Made by a program: the position numbers and the translations under genes. Source: Eledone cirrhosa (taxonomy: Eukaryota). Taken from it: DNA of 64,000 nt. The stretch covers positions 262,322,001 through 262,386,000 of the forward strand of contig OZ024740.1 in NCBI GenBank assembly GCA_964016885.1, in the 5' to 3' direction. The notes under the pieces are model-generated. The model did no database searches. It had not been told where the DNA came from and saw nothing but the letters and a program-made list of their open reading frames with translations. Below are positions 27,040-39,617 of the stretch, piece by piece. How positions within the stretch are numbered: position 1 is the first letter of the stretch; each line of letters begins with the position of its first letter.

Positions 27040-27156
27040 AGGTCTGATGACATGGTGTGTTGGCTTACAGTGTACTTTCGGTTTTTGATAATATTTGTGT
27101 ATTATTCAAATAGCGAGGTATAGGTAACTCATACACTATAGAAACAATTGTTACCT
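27040..27156 (+). ncRNA. Type I hammerhead ribozyme motif with enlarged stem II
   Basis: AGGT-CTGATGA-C-ATGGTGTGT...ATACACTAT-A-GAAA-CAATTG-TT-ACCT-AATAAA; palindromic stem III. Confidence 0.7.
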
Positions 27157-27229
27157 AATAAATTCTATATACCCGCATTTCCATTTCGTAAATTTTTTCT
27201 CTATATGTATATATATATATATGTGTATA

Positions 27230-28037
<808 letters not shown>

Positions 28038-28048
28038 GTGTGTGTGTG

Positions 28049-28155
<107 letters not shown>

Positions 28156-28170
28156 GTGAGTGTGTGTGTG

Positions 28171-28221
<51 letters not shown>

Positions 28222-28421
28222 GTATGTATATATATATATATATAAATATAGTCCAGAAATAGACGTCGAAACGGCTTGAGCTCTGCCGTCGGGGTTATAC
28301 TTTTTCCTATGTATATATATATATATAATTTTTACCCGATTATTTTCCTATGATTTAATCTATGTACACTCCATATTCTTCTGTGTTTTCGGCTTGTATT
28401 GGCTGATAGTGCTTCTTATAG

Positions 28422-28475
28422 CTTTAATTGCCCTGATGAGTCCTTAATAGGACGAAACATTGTTGGCTAATAAAG
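28422..28475 (+). ncRNA. Minimal type I hammerhead ribozyme
   Basis: CTTTAATTGCC-CTGATGA-GTCC-TTAATA-GGAC-GAAA-CATTG-TT-GGCTAATAAAG; canonical core, 4-bp stem II, AATAAA overlapping stem I. Confidence 0.8.
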
Positions 28476-28648
28476 ACTTTTGATGTATTGAAGGCTTCTT
28501 TGGTTTATTATCATAATTCTTCGGCTCTGTTTAATTACATTGAGCTATACCTTTTACTGTCATTTCTATAATACGAAGAGGGTGTTTAACTCCAACACAC
28601 TCTAGTATTTCAATTCTTATATATAAATATATATATATATATATATAA

Positions 28649-28755
<107 letters not shown>

Positions 28756-28806
28756 TATATATATATATTATATATATATATATATATAAATACATATATA
28801 TATATG

Positions 28807-28844
<38 letters not shown>

Positions 28845-28857
28845 TATATATATAAAT

Positions 28858-28953
<96 letters not shown>

Positions 28954-29232
28954 TTATATAAATATATATATATATATAAATATATATATATATGTAAGTA
29001 TGCATGTATACGTACATACATATATGTATACAGACGTACAGTAGCATGCACATATATATATATATATACATATATATATACATATGCATACAGGTACACA
29101 TACATATATGCACGTATCAGTTTAGCGGCGCTAACGTCGCTTTGTTCGTTTGTAAACAAACTGAACAGCCTGAATTTATGCTATACGGTGTTAAGGCAAC
29201 CACGTCACCTTTTTGTTCAACACTGACACAGG

Positions 29233-29277
29233 AACGATGTACTAGTTTCAAGCTTGTTAGCTATCATCAGCACCGTT
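29233..29277 (-). ncRNA. Hammerhead ribozyme (inverted copy)
   Basis: Reverse complement of 29379-29423. Confidence 0.85.
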
Positions 29278-29378
29278 TACCCATCTGCCAGATAGTTATG
29301 CAAATTAGGCTGCTCAGCCGTTAATTTTCATAAGGAAAGTATATACTTTCGAACGTTCAACTATCTGGCAGATGGGTA

Positions 29379-29423
29379 AACGGTGCTGATGATAGCTAAC
29401 AAGCTTGAAACTAGTACATCGTT
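29379..29423 (+). ncRNA. Type I hammerhead ribozyme
   Basis: AACGGTG-CTGATGA-T-AGCT-AACA-AGCT-T-GAAA-CTAG-TA-CATCGTT; 7-bp stem I, palindromic stem III, predicted GUA cut after 29416. Confidence 0.85.
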
Positions 29424-29844
29424 CCTGTGTCAGTGTTGAACAAAAAGGTGACGTGGTTGCCTTAACACCGTATGGCATAAATTCAGGCTGTTCAGTTTGT
29501 TTACAAACGAACAAAGCGACGTTAGCGCCGCTAAACTGATACGTGCATATATGTATGTGTACCTGTATGCATATGTATATATATATGTATATATATATAT
29601 ATATGTGCATGCTACTGTACGTCTGTATACATATATGTATGTACGTATACATGCATACTTACATTTAAGTAAGTGCCATACTAAGAGTGAGAAATGAAAT
29701 TTCGTTTTCATTTTGTTTCAATTTATCGTTTTCGGTATGCCTGACCGATTTAACTCACTCAATATGCAAATTAGGCTGCTCAGCCGTTAATTTTCATAAG
29801 GAAAGTATATACTTTCGAACGTTCAACTATCTGGCAGATGGGTA

Positions 29845-29889
29845 AACGGTGCTGATGATAGCTAACAAGCTTGAAACTAGTACATCGTT
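29845..29889 (+). ncRNA. Type I hammerhead ribozyme (second tandem copy)
   Basis: Identical motif 466 bp downstream; predicted cut after 29882. Confidence 0.85.
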
Positions 29890-30174
29890 CCTGTGTCAGT
29901 GTTGAACAAAAAGGTGACGTGGTTGCCTTAACACCGTATGGCATAAATTCAGGCTGTTCAGTTTGTTTACAAACGAACAAAGCGACGTTAGCGCCGCTAA
30001 ACTGATACGTGCATATATGTATGTGTACCTGTATGCATATGTATATATATATATATATGTGCATGCTACTGTACGTCTGTATACATATATGTATGTACGT
30101 ATACATGCATACTTACATTTAAGTAAGTGCCATACTAAGAGTGAGAAATGAAATTTCGTTTTCATTTTGTTTCA

Positions 30175-30209
<35 letters not shown>

Positions 30210-30213
30210 TATA

Positions 30214-30245
<32 letters not shown>

Positions 30246-30310
30246 CAAATATATATATAAATATATATATATATAAATATATATATATATAAAATATATA
30301 TATAAATATA

Positions 30311-30343
<33 letters not shown>

Positions 30344-30568
30344 CGTAAAATAAGAAAATCTTTTTAAAAAAATTTAAAAAAAAAATCTTTTTAAAAAATT
30401 TAAGTAAGTAAGTTAAAATTTTTTTAAAACGATTTTCTTATTTTACGTCTTTTATATTATTGTTCTGCATCCTCCTGCATGGAACCACCTAGGTACTATG
30501 ACATAACCTGTGTATTTGCTGGCATTAGCGTACATCTGTGCGCTTATGTTAGTTGATATATTAAATTA

Positions 30569-30614
<46 letters not shown>

Positions 30615-30638
30615 ATATATAAATATATATATATACAA

Positions 30639-30815
<177 letters not shown>

Positions 30816-30902
30816 ACGGTCCGGGTTTACTAACTATCTTACCCACACGAAGTCGTCTTCCTCACTGATTAACGTGCAAGCTATCCAGTTGGATCTTAAT
30901 TC

Positions 30903-31078
30903 TAATAATTATTTCTATTTTTGGCACAAGGCCAGCCATTAATATCAGTGCATTACTGGTGCTTTATTTTATCGACCCCGTAAAGGCAAAGTTAACCGCG
31001 GCGGTGTTTGAACTCAGACCATAAAGAGCCGTAACTTTTTGCTGCAAAGCATGGCGTTCGACCCTCCACCGATACTGC
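30903..31078 (-). mobile_element. tRNA-derived SINE copy
   Basis: Family match. Confidence 0.85.
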
Positions 31079-31172
31079 AGTAATACGAACTTAATTGGTA
31101 ATTGAGTGAGTGAGGAAACGACCGAAGCAATGTCAGTTCTATTCGACAGGCTTCGTCTCTTATATATATATG

Positions 31173-31239
<67 letters not shown>

Positions 31240-31494
31240 CGGCGATGAATTAGTTTTGCGAGGTTTTTTATATGAAATCGTGTGTCGAAACAAATATTGT
31301 TATACTTGGGGAGGGTCATATTTGTGTAATATTGCCAGAATTAATAACAGAACACACTCACTGTTTGGTTGGTTTTCGCTTCTCGCTTCTGTGTTTTTTA
31401 TATCGGTAATCTAACTAACTCGGTCCTCAATGACTGACCGACGGTCAAAAATAATACAGATACAATATAGACACAAACACATATATATAGTTTA

Positions 31495-31535
31495 TCATAA
31501 ATCTTTCGTTGCACATCTGCAACATCGTCAGTGGT
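31495..31535 (-). ncRNA. Hammerhead ribozyme motif (mirror copy)
   Basis: Reverse complement of 31635-31676. Confidence 0.7.
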
Positions 31536-31634
31536 GCTATCTTTTCCTCCTGTTGTATTGTATGTCTACGCCATTTTTATTCAGTCTCAATAAAAATGGC
31601 GTAGACATACAATACAACAGGAGGAAAAGATAGC

Positions 31635-31676
31635 ACCACTGACGATGTTGCAGATGTGCAACGAAAGATTTATGAT
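31635..31676 (+). ncRNA. Type I hammerhead ribozyme motif
   Basis: ACCA-CTGACGA-T-GTTGCA-GATG-TGCAAC-GAAA-GATT-TA-TGAT; 6-bp stem II; stem I has one mismatch. Confidence 0.7.
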
Positions 31677-31876
31677 AAACTATATATATGTGTTTGTGTC
31701 TATATTGTATCTGTATTATTGTTGACCGTTGGTCAGTCAATGGCAACATTGAGGACCGAATAAATTAGATTACCGATATAAAAGACACAGAAGCGAAAAG
31801 CGAAAACCAACCAAACAGTGAGTGTGTTCTGTTATTAATTCTGGCAATATTACACAAATATGACCCTCCCCAAGTA

Positions 31877-31919
<43 letters not shown>

Positions 31920-31998
31920 TGCTTTCACCCTTATCAAGCCCTCTTTGGATTTTAGTCTTCAATTTTATTATTATTACTATATATATATATATATGTAT

Positions 31999-32074
<76 letters not shown>

Positions 32075-32519
32075 ATACTCGGGGGGGGGGGGGTTCATAT
32101 TGTTGTAATAATATTGCCAGAAATAATAACAGAACCCACTCACTGTTTGGTTGGTTTCGATTCTGTATCTTTTATATCCCCACAGTTAATTCATTCGGTC
32201 CTCAATGTTTACCATTGACTGTCCAACGGTCAAAAATACAGATATAATATAGATAAAAAACACATATATATATATAGTCTAACAAAGTTCTTTAGTGCAA
32301 GGAAATAACTTTGTTCGACACACGATTTCATATAAAAAACCACACAAAACAAATTCATCGCCGTTATATATATGTATATATACACGTATATGTATGTATA
32401 TGAATATATATATATATATATATATAGTAATAATAATAAAATTGAAGACTAAAATCCAAAGAGGGCTCGATAAGGAAAATATATATCAAATATATAAGAA
32501 CCGTAGAGCAAATATTTAT

Positions 32520-32570
<51 letters not shown>

Positions 32571-32693
32571 GTTATTCCGGGTTGAATCGGAGGTAACCAT
32601 AGTAAGTAAGGTACTCAATACATTGCGGAGTATAAAAGTTTTAATAAAAGAATGAAACAGTTCTAGTCCTGTAGAATCTCATCTATATTAAAA

Positions 32694-32738
<45 letters not shown>

Positions 32739-33041
32739 CAAAATGTAACAAACGGCACAGTATATGGTGTTTGTGTGTGTCTATACACACACACACACAC
32801 ACACTCACACACACATAAATGCCGTGGATTGCGCATGTATTTATAACACCGACGATATGTGTGTGATATATTTATACAGTTGTATGTGTGTGAGTTTCAT
32901 GTTTGTGAATGGTTATATGTGCATGTGGATGTGGTTATATGTATATTTTTATTACTATGTACACTTATGCATCATTCTAAGTGTATATATGTGTTTCCAA
33001 CATTCGTATATTTTGGTACATATGGGCACACACATATAGTG

Positions 33042-33105
<64 letters not shown>

Positions 33106-33388
33106 TGTGTATGTGTTGAGTGGTGTGTGCGTGTGTGTGTTGCGTGTTGTGTGTGTGCATGTTTTGCTATGTGTGTAATTTTGCTGATGCCTTCTAGGAG
33201 AAAAAGAGTTATGTGTCTTTGCAAAAAGTTCTTATGTTTACTTGTGCCACAAGAAAGTTCAATTAAGCTCGTTTGGCGGGCGGCAGCTCTTCAGGGCAGC
33301 TTACAAAACCAATAGATATATGCCATCACCTAGCTCTCTCTCTCTATATATATACTTCTCGCTTACTCACTCTCTCTCTGTCTCTGTC

Positions 33389-33493
<105 letters not shown>

Positions 33494-33500
33494 ATATGTT

Positions 33501-33555
<55 letters not shown>

Positions 33556-33635
33556 ATATGTATGTATGTATATGTATATATATATATATTATATATACAT
33601 GTATATATGTATATAAATATATATATATATTTAAT

Positions 33636-33666
<31 letters not shown>

Positions 33667-33884
33667 ACATGTATATATACATGTATATATATATATATAC
33701 ATTTATACACACACACACACATATATATATATACATGTATATTTATATATATATACATTTATACATACACACACACACATATATATATATATATACATAC
33801 ATTTATACACACACACACATATATATATATATATACATTTATACATACACACACACACATATATATATATATACATACATTTAT

Positions 33885-33917
<33 letters not shown>

Positions 33918-33957
33918 CATTTATACATACACACACACACATATATATATATACATT

Positions 33958-34014
<57 letters not shown>

Positions 34015-34625
34015 CCTTTAGCCTTCCTATTGACTTATTAGCCCAGTGATTTTAACTCACTTTTTTTCTTATAAACTATCCAGTCACCTTGTAAATTTTT
34101 CTACACAATTCCTGGCCTCCTTCATTCCGCTTTCTCTCTCTTCCATATATATTTGTGTGTTTTACGGAGTTTTTTTTCCCCGTGCAGTGTCTAAACCCCC
34201 CCCCCCCCTCTTCTCTGTCAGTCTCTCTCTTTCTCTCTTGGTTCTGCTGTATTTGACCACCCATCTCTCCTTATATTGCATTTCTGAACTCCCCGAATCA
34301 ATTTTTCTTTTTTTTTTCCCTTTCCGTCTTTCTTTCTTCATTCTTTCTTTCCATCTTCCTTCCGTTTTTTTCTTACTTCATTCCTTTTTTCTTTCTCTCC
34401 TTCCTTCTTTCTTTGTTCTATCTGTTATACAAACACTTGTTTGATACTCATCATATCACTATTCCAGCTTTCATTCGATTCCTTCTCAAATGCTGTTCGA
34501 ACGAACCTCCCTCTCATTCTCTTAATCTATCATCCGTTCGTTCCTTCTACTACTAATTTTCATCGCTACTCTTTCTCTATGTTGTTCTATCATCTCTCCT
34601 ACTTAACAACTTAAAGAAAGAAAAA

Positions 34626-34703
<78 letters not shown>

Positions 34704-34704
34704 C

Positions 34705-34972
34705 CTATCGTTTATTGTTATTTATTAATGTTAAAGTTACATGATTTTATGTAAAATCCCCGCCGTCACGTCTTGTAATGTTCCCTGTTTGTACGCCCTT
34801 GTGGCAAATAAAGAAACATATCTATCTATCTATCTATCTCCTCCTATTGGGGAAAATCGACTAATTTTTAAATTACATTTGTGATAATATTTTACACGTT
34901 TTTATTGTATGTAAACTTCCCCCTTTGTATTTGTCCCCTTCTTTTGTGCCCCTGTGGCTAATAAAGAAACAT
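34705..34972 (+). mobile_element. Two short 3' ends of the Tx1-like LINE family in (CTAT)n
   Basis: ATGTAAAATCCC..CCTTGTGGCAAATAAAGAAACA and CCTCTATTGGGG..TGTCCCCTT..AATAAAGAAACA resemble 4630-4760; each is followed by (ATCT)n. Confidence 0.75.
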
Positions 34973-35192
34973 ATCTATCTATATAAATAAATAAAGAAAG
35001 ATATCTATCTATCTATCTAAAGAAATATATCTATCTCTATATATCTATCTTTCTATCTATCTTTCTATCTAAGGCTTTCTTTTTCTCTCCTTCATTTACA
35101 TCACGTCTTCCTCGTATTACTTCACATTTTGTAGCACTTTCTTTCATGGTCTTTCTCTCCTTCAATTTTTCAATCCGACGGTCTCTCTCTCC

Positions 35193-35262
<70 letters not shown>

Positions 35263-35625
35263 TCCCGCTTGTCTCTCTATCTGGTTCTCGGATTTTATCG
35301 CTTCCTCTCTATCTCATTGATGATAGTTTCCTTGCCGGATGTGTTCAACAAGACATTCTATATTTGGTTCCTATCCACTTTCTTTCTTGCACGCCTCCCA
35401 CCTTTCGCTCTCTCTTTTACACACACACACTATATATATATATCACATCTATCTTCGTCTGTTTACCACTCACACACAAACCCCAATGCCCCAACATCTC
35501 AGTCTCTCTCTCTAAATATCTCAACTTCCTCACACCAATTTCTGAATCACTCGTTTTATGTTCTAGTCCACTTTCTTCTCTGTCTCTCTTTACCCCCCCC
35601 CCTCTCTCTCTTATATATAAAAAAT

Positions 35626-35720
<95 letters not shown>

Positions 35721-36407
35721 TTCTCTTTCTCACTCTCTCAACTATCTTATTTACGTTACTATTTCTAGTTTGAATTCTTCTCTCTCTCTCTTTCTCTCTC
35801 TCTCCCTCCCTCCCTCTCTCTCAGAATTCTCCCTTTTCCAGTCTATCTCTCTCCCACTGTCTCTCTCACCTCTCTCTCCTTCTTCCTCGCTCGACCACTC
35901 TCTCTCTCTCTCTCTCAGTCTGTCAGCCTCTCTTTTAACCACTCCCCATACACGCATACAAACACACACACACACACGCACACACACACACATACACACT
36001 CGTTCACACTTCTCTCTCTTTCTCTCACACGTTCTCCCCCACTCTCTCCCCCACTCTCTCCCCCACTCTCTCCCCCTCACACTCCCTCTCTCTAACTCTC
36101 TAACTCCCTCCCTTTCTCTCCCCTTCTCTCTGTTAATATTTCTATCGCAAGAACAATCAAAGCCCGCAGAACAAGTTCTTTCATTGTCATCAGACTTGAA
36201 AACTAATTAATTTGCAGTATAAATACACGAAGCTTGCTCGTTCCCGAAGCAGGTGTCGAGGCGTAGAAACTTCGCCAGGAGCGCAAAGCAGCGGAGAGAA
36301 GCAGTGTTCAGAAACAGGCATGAAAGATGGTACGGCGAGAATGTGCAAGTTAGCAATCGAACAACAAACAGCCATGTCCATGTATGTATGTGTTTTTATG
36401 TGTATGT

Positions 36408-36439
<32 letters not shown>

Positions 36440-36447
36440 ACGTGTGT

Positions 36448-36496
<49 letters not shown>

Positions 36497-36714
36497 TGCG
36501 TGTGTGTATGTATGTGTGTATGTATACAAGTAAATACACACACACACACATATATATATATGTGTGTGTGTGCGTATATATATATATATATATACGTTTG
36601 TATGAATGCATGTAATTTTGTAGATATGAATGTGTGTATACATGCATATATACACACATATGTACATGTATACACACGTTCATATCTACAAAATTACATG
36701 CATTCATACAAACG

Positions 36715-36782
<68 letters not shown>

Positions 36783-36880
36783 ATAAGGGTTGACGGACCC
36801 ACCATATTTATCAATGCCAGTACCGGTTGTATCTCAGCACACTCAATGGGCAATGTAGGATACATTACCAGAGTATACAC

Positions 36881-36966
<86 letters not shown>

Positions 36967-37061
36967 GAAAAATAACAAAGAAAACACAGGAGGCAATTGT
37001 ACACAATTTTATTATATATACCTATACATACATACATACATACATACATACGTGTAAACAC

Positions 37062-37250
37062 GGTGGTTGTCAGTATCGGTAGAGGGTCGGACGCCATGTT
37101 TTGCAGCATAGAGTTACGCCCCTTTATGGACTGATTTCAAATCCCGCTGAAGTTAACTTTGCCTTTCATCCTTACGGGGTCGTTAAAATATAGTACCAGT
37201 AATGCACTGAGATAATTGCTGGCCTTGTGCTAAAAGTAGAAACAACTATA
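37062..37250 (+). mobile_element. tRNA-derived SINE copy
   Basis: Family match. Confidence 0.85.
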
Positions 37251-37499
37251 TTATTTTATATTTGAGCAGCGACGAGCGGGCCGAAAGACCACAAATCTTT
37301 GTAGTACTCGATGTATGATGTTATAAAATGTACGTATACTAAAGAAATAAGATCCAAATGGTGAGCCCAAACGTTCTAGAGAACTCTCTTGAATAAATGT
37401 AGGGGATATGAACTTTTAACGGCTGGATACGCCGATAGTAACTTCAAATCATCCCAGGTCTAAAGCTTCTCGGATTTGAGATCAATCCATCTAGATCTG

Positions 37500-38665
37500 A
37501 GGTGATAAACGTTAGCTACAGAAACACCGAATTCGACGACGCCGTACTCATCACCCATCCCGTACGGTCCGGGCCTCGGCTAAAGCCCAAAGACGCCACA
37601 TGCGTCGTCGGTTATTCAATCCTTTCGAAAGCCATAAGAGAGTGCCTGGAAACGCTCTGTAGATTTGTTCCGAATGGCAGAAAGCTGCGTCTCATTGATA
37701 CTCACCTGGCGCTCTTCTTTTGAGGAACTGCTTCACAATTTTCCAAACTTCTGTACTCGCTGCGCGGTGCACCTTGTCCTCACTTCCAAACAGATCTTCT
37801 CGCTGAACTCGACGCCACCATCCGGCGCTGTGCAGAACTCATCTGCAATGTCAGTTTCGCCAACGCCGGCTGGCAACATGCGAAGCACCCAGTGAGGTTC
37901 GGTCGCCTCTGTCTCCAATCTGCTTCGGACCTGGCTTTACTGCCTACCTTTCCGCAATCTCCTCCAGTCGCGCTCTCGTGATCAAGGTCATCAGCAAAAC
38001 AAGTTTACCTAATGGGACCTCAGAGCTCGAGCAGGCCCTGACCGACAGGACAAGCGAAAGCCTCTCTGTCCCCCAGTATATAAATGTCCAACGAATCTGG
38101 GATGACATCAAGTGCAGTTCCTCCTTCAGGCGGATCGAGTCTGGCTTGGACCAACACCTCCTCGCCAGCCTCTGCTCCACTTCAGAGCCAAATAGTGGCG
38201 CGTGACTCAATTTGGTGCCCTCCTCATCAACTGCTACACTTCTTAATGACGAGTGCACATGCATTGGAATGGCCCAAGGCCTTGGCCTCCGCGTGTGTGA
38301 GCCACATAAATGCCGTTGCAGGGCGGTCTTTGACAAGTTCTGCCTGCACCCACTGTCTAGCTGCCGGAGCGCAGGCCAGTTCCTCCGACATGCCACTCTT
38401 AACGACATATTGAGAAGGAGACTGGACGCAGCTGACTTCCAATCACAACTGGAGACAGCAGATCTCGACCGCGGAGACGACAAGCATCCCGACGGAATTA
38501 CCCTCTACCCATTCGAAGGAGGTAGACCCCTCATATAGGACGTCACATGTGTCGCTTCGGCCACAAACGCTGGTACTGCGGCCCGTACTGAAGAGGAAAG
38601 GAAGACCAACAAATACCGGGGATTGTCCGGCCGTTTCCTCTCTGCACCGGTCACAGAGGAAGAGC
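37500..38665 (+). mobile_element. CRE-like (restriction-like endonuclease) non-LTR retrotransposon fragment, degenerate
   Basis: LGLRVCEPHKCRC....D....H.LSC.....F.RH..LNDI, then D.HPDG.T..PF..G..LI*DVT and K..KY: CCHC knuckle plus PD-D endonuclease; upstream IDTHLALFF. Confidence 0.8.
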
Positions 38666-39010
38666 CTGTGTGTGTAGGGGGGAGAGAAAGAGAGAAAATA
38701 ACTACACATGTATGTGTATCGGATTCTGTGTTAGTATATCGCTGAATTTGGAGCTGATATACGGATGATAATATATGCATGCATGTATATACATAAATAC
38801 ACATACAGAGGCATACATACATACATGCATACATACGTTCGTACGTACATACATAATTCACACAAACATATATACTAGCATGCATACAGACACATACATG
38901 TATACATACATATATACATACATATATATATATATATATGCATGCATACACACATGCATATATACAAACATGTGTAAACACATACATACATACATACATA
39001 CATACATACA

Positions 39011-39617
39011 TGGTGGCTGCCAACTCGTTTTCGAGTACGGCCACTACTTTATATCCATGTAGGAGAACTCCTACCGATGAGCTGAACGAGTGTGACTTTA
39101 GTCCAGCCAGCGACTTGAAAACTCTGGTACAAACACTACACTTGTGACAAATATTGACACATAGTGCTGGGCCCATGGTACCATGTGACGAGAAGTGCAG
39201 AGAGATCTCCAGATATAAAGCAATGCCTGTGCCGTGACGCTTTTATAGTGAGCAAAGGTACTGCACAAAGCCAGTCCCACTCTCTTAACCAAGATGATAT
39301 TTACCAAAAAGAAGAACAAGTCAACATCATTGACTACCATCAGAGTTGCAGGTGTTATATCAGAGTTTTCTTTCTCCTAGAATTCTGCCTTAACAAAGGC
39401 TAAGGGGTCATCTCTCCCGGTGATTTTGGATGGCCATTGACTCTTAAGAGCTTCTTTTCCCTTTGACTGGTTTTGTTTTTAGTCCTGCAGGATGTCCAAA
39501 GTCACCCCCCTCACCAAGAAACCTTGGTGGGGTTGCCAGTTTAGTCGCTAACGGCCCGACCATGAGACAGGTTGTACTGAGATACATGTTACCAGTAGCA
39601 CCAACTGGTGACCTGAC
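39011..39617 (-). mobile_element. Bipartite non-autonomous RTE-derived element, apparently full length (~607 bp)
   Basis: (TACA)n on both flanks; RTE 5'-UTR-like motif; 3' part reads [20 protein letters not shown], like the RTE zinc finger at 56350-56430. Confidence 0.8.

Larger units (their letters stand above)
28992..30180 (+). mobile_element. Retrozyme/Penelope-like non-coding element: one inverted partial copy plus ~1.9 tandem copies of a 466-bp unit
   Basis: Units start at 29297 and 29763; 28992-29297 is the reverse complement of ~29359-29663; each copy carries a hammerhead; long (TA)n flanks. Confidence 0.85.
31299..31880. mobile_element. ~580-bp inverted repeat carrying two divergent hammerheads
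   Basis: Centre TTTTTATT-CAGTCTC-AATAAAAA at ~31584; arms end in GTTATACTTGGG / CCCAAGTATAAC. Confidence 0.9.

Noticed and set aside
29314-30165. Repeated ~90-110 aa ORFs in the 466-bp unit
   Set aside because: They start within internal microsatellites and show no domain features; repetition reflects the DNA duplication
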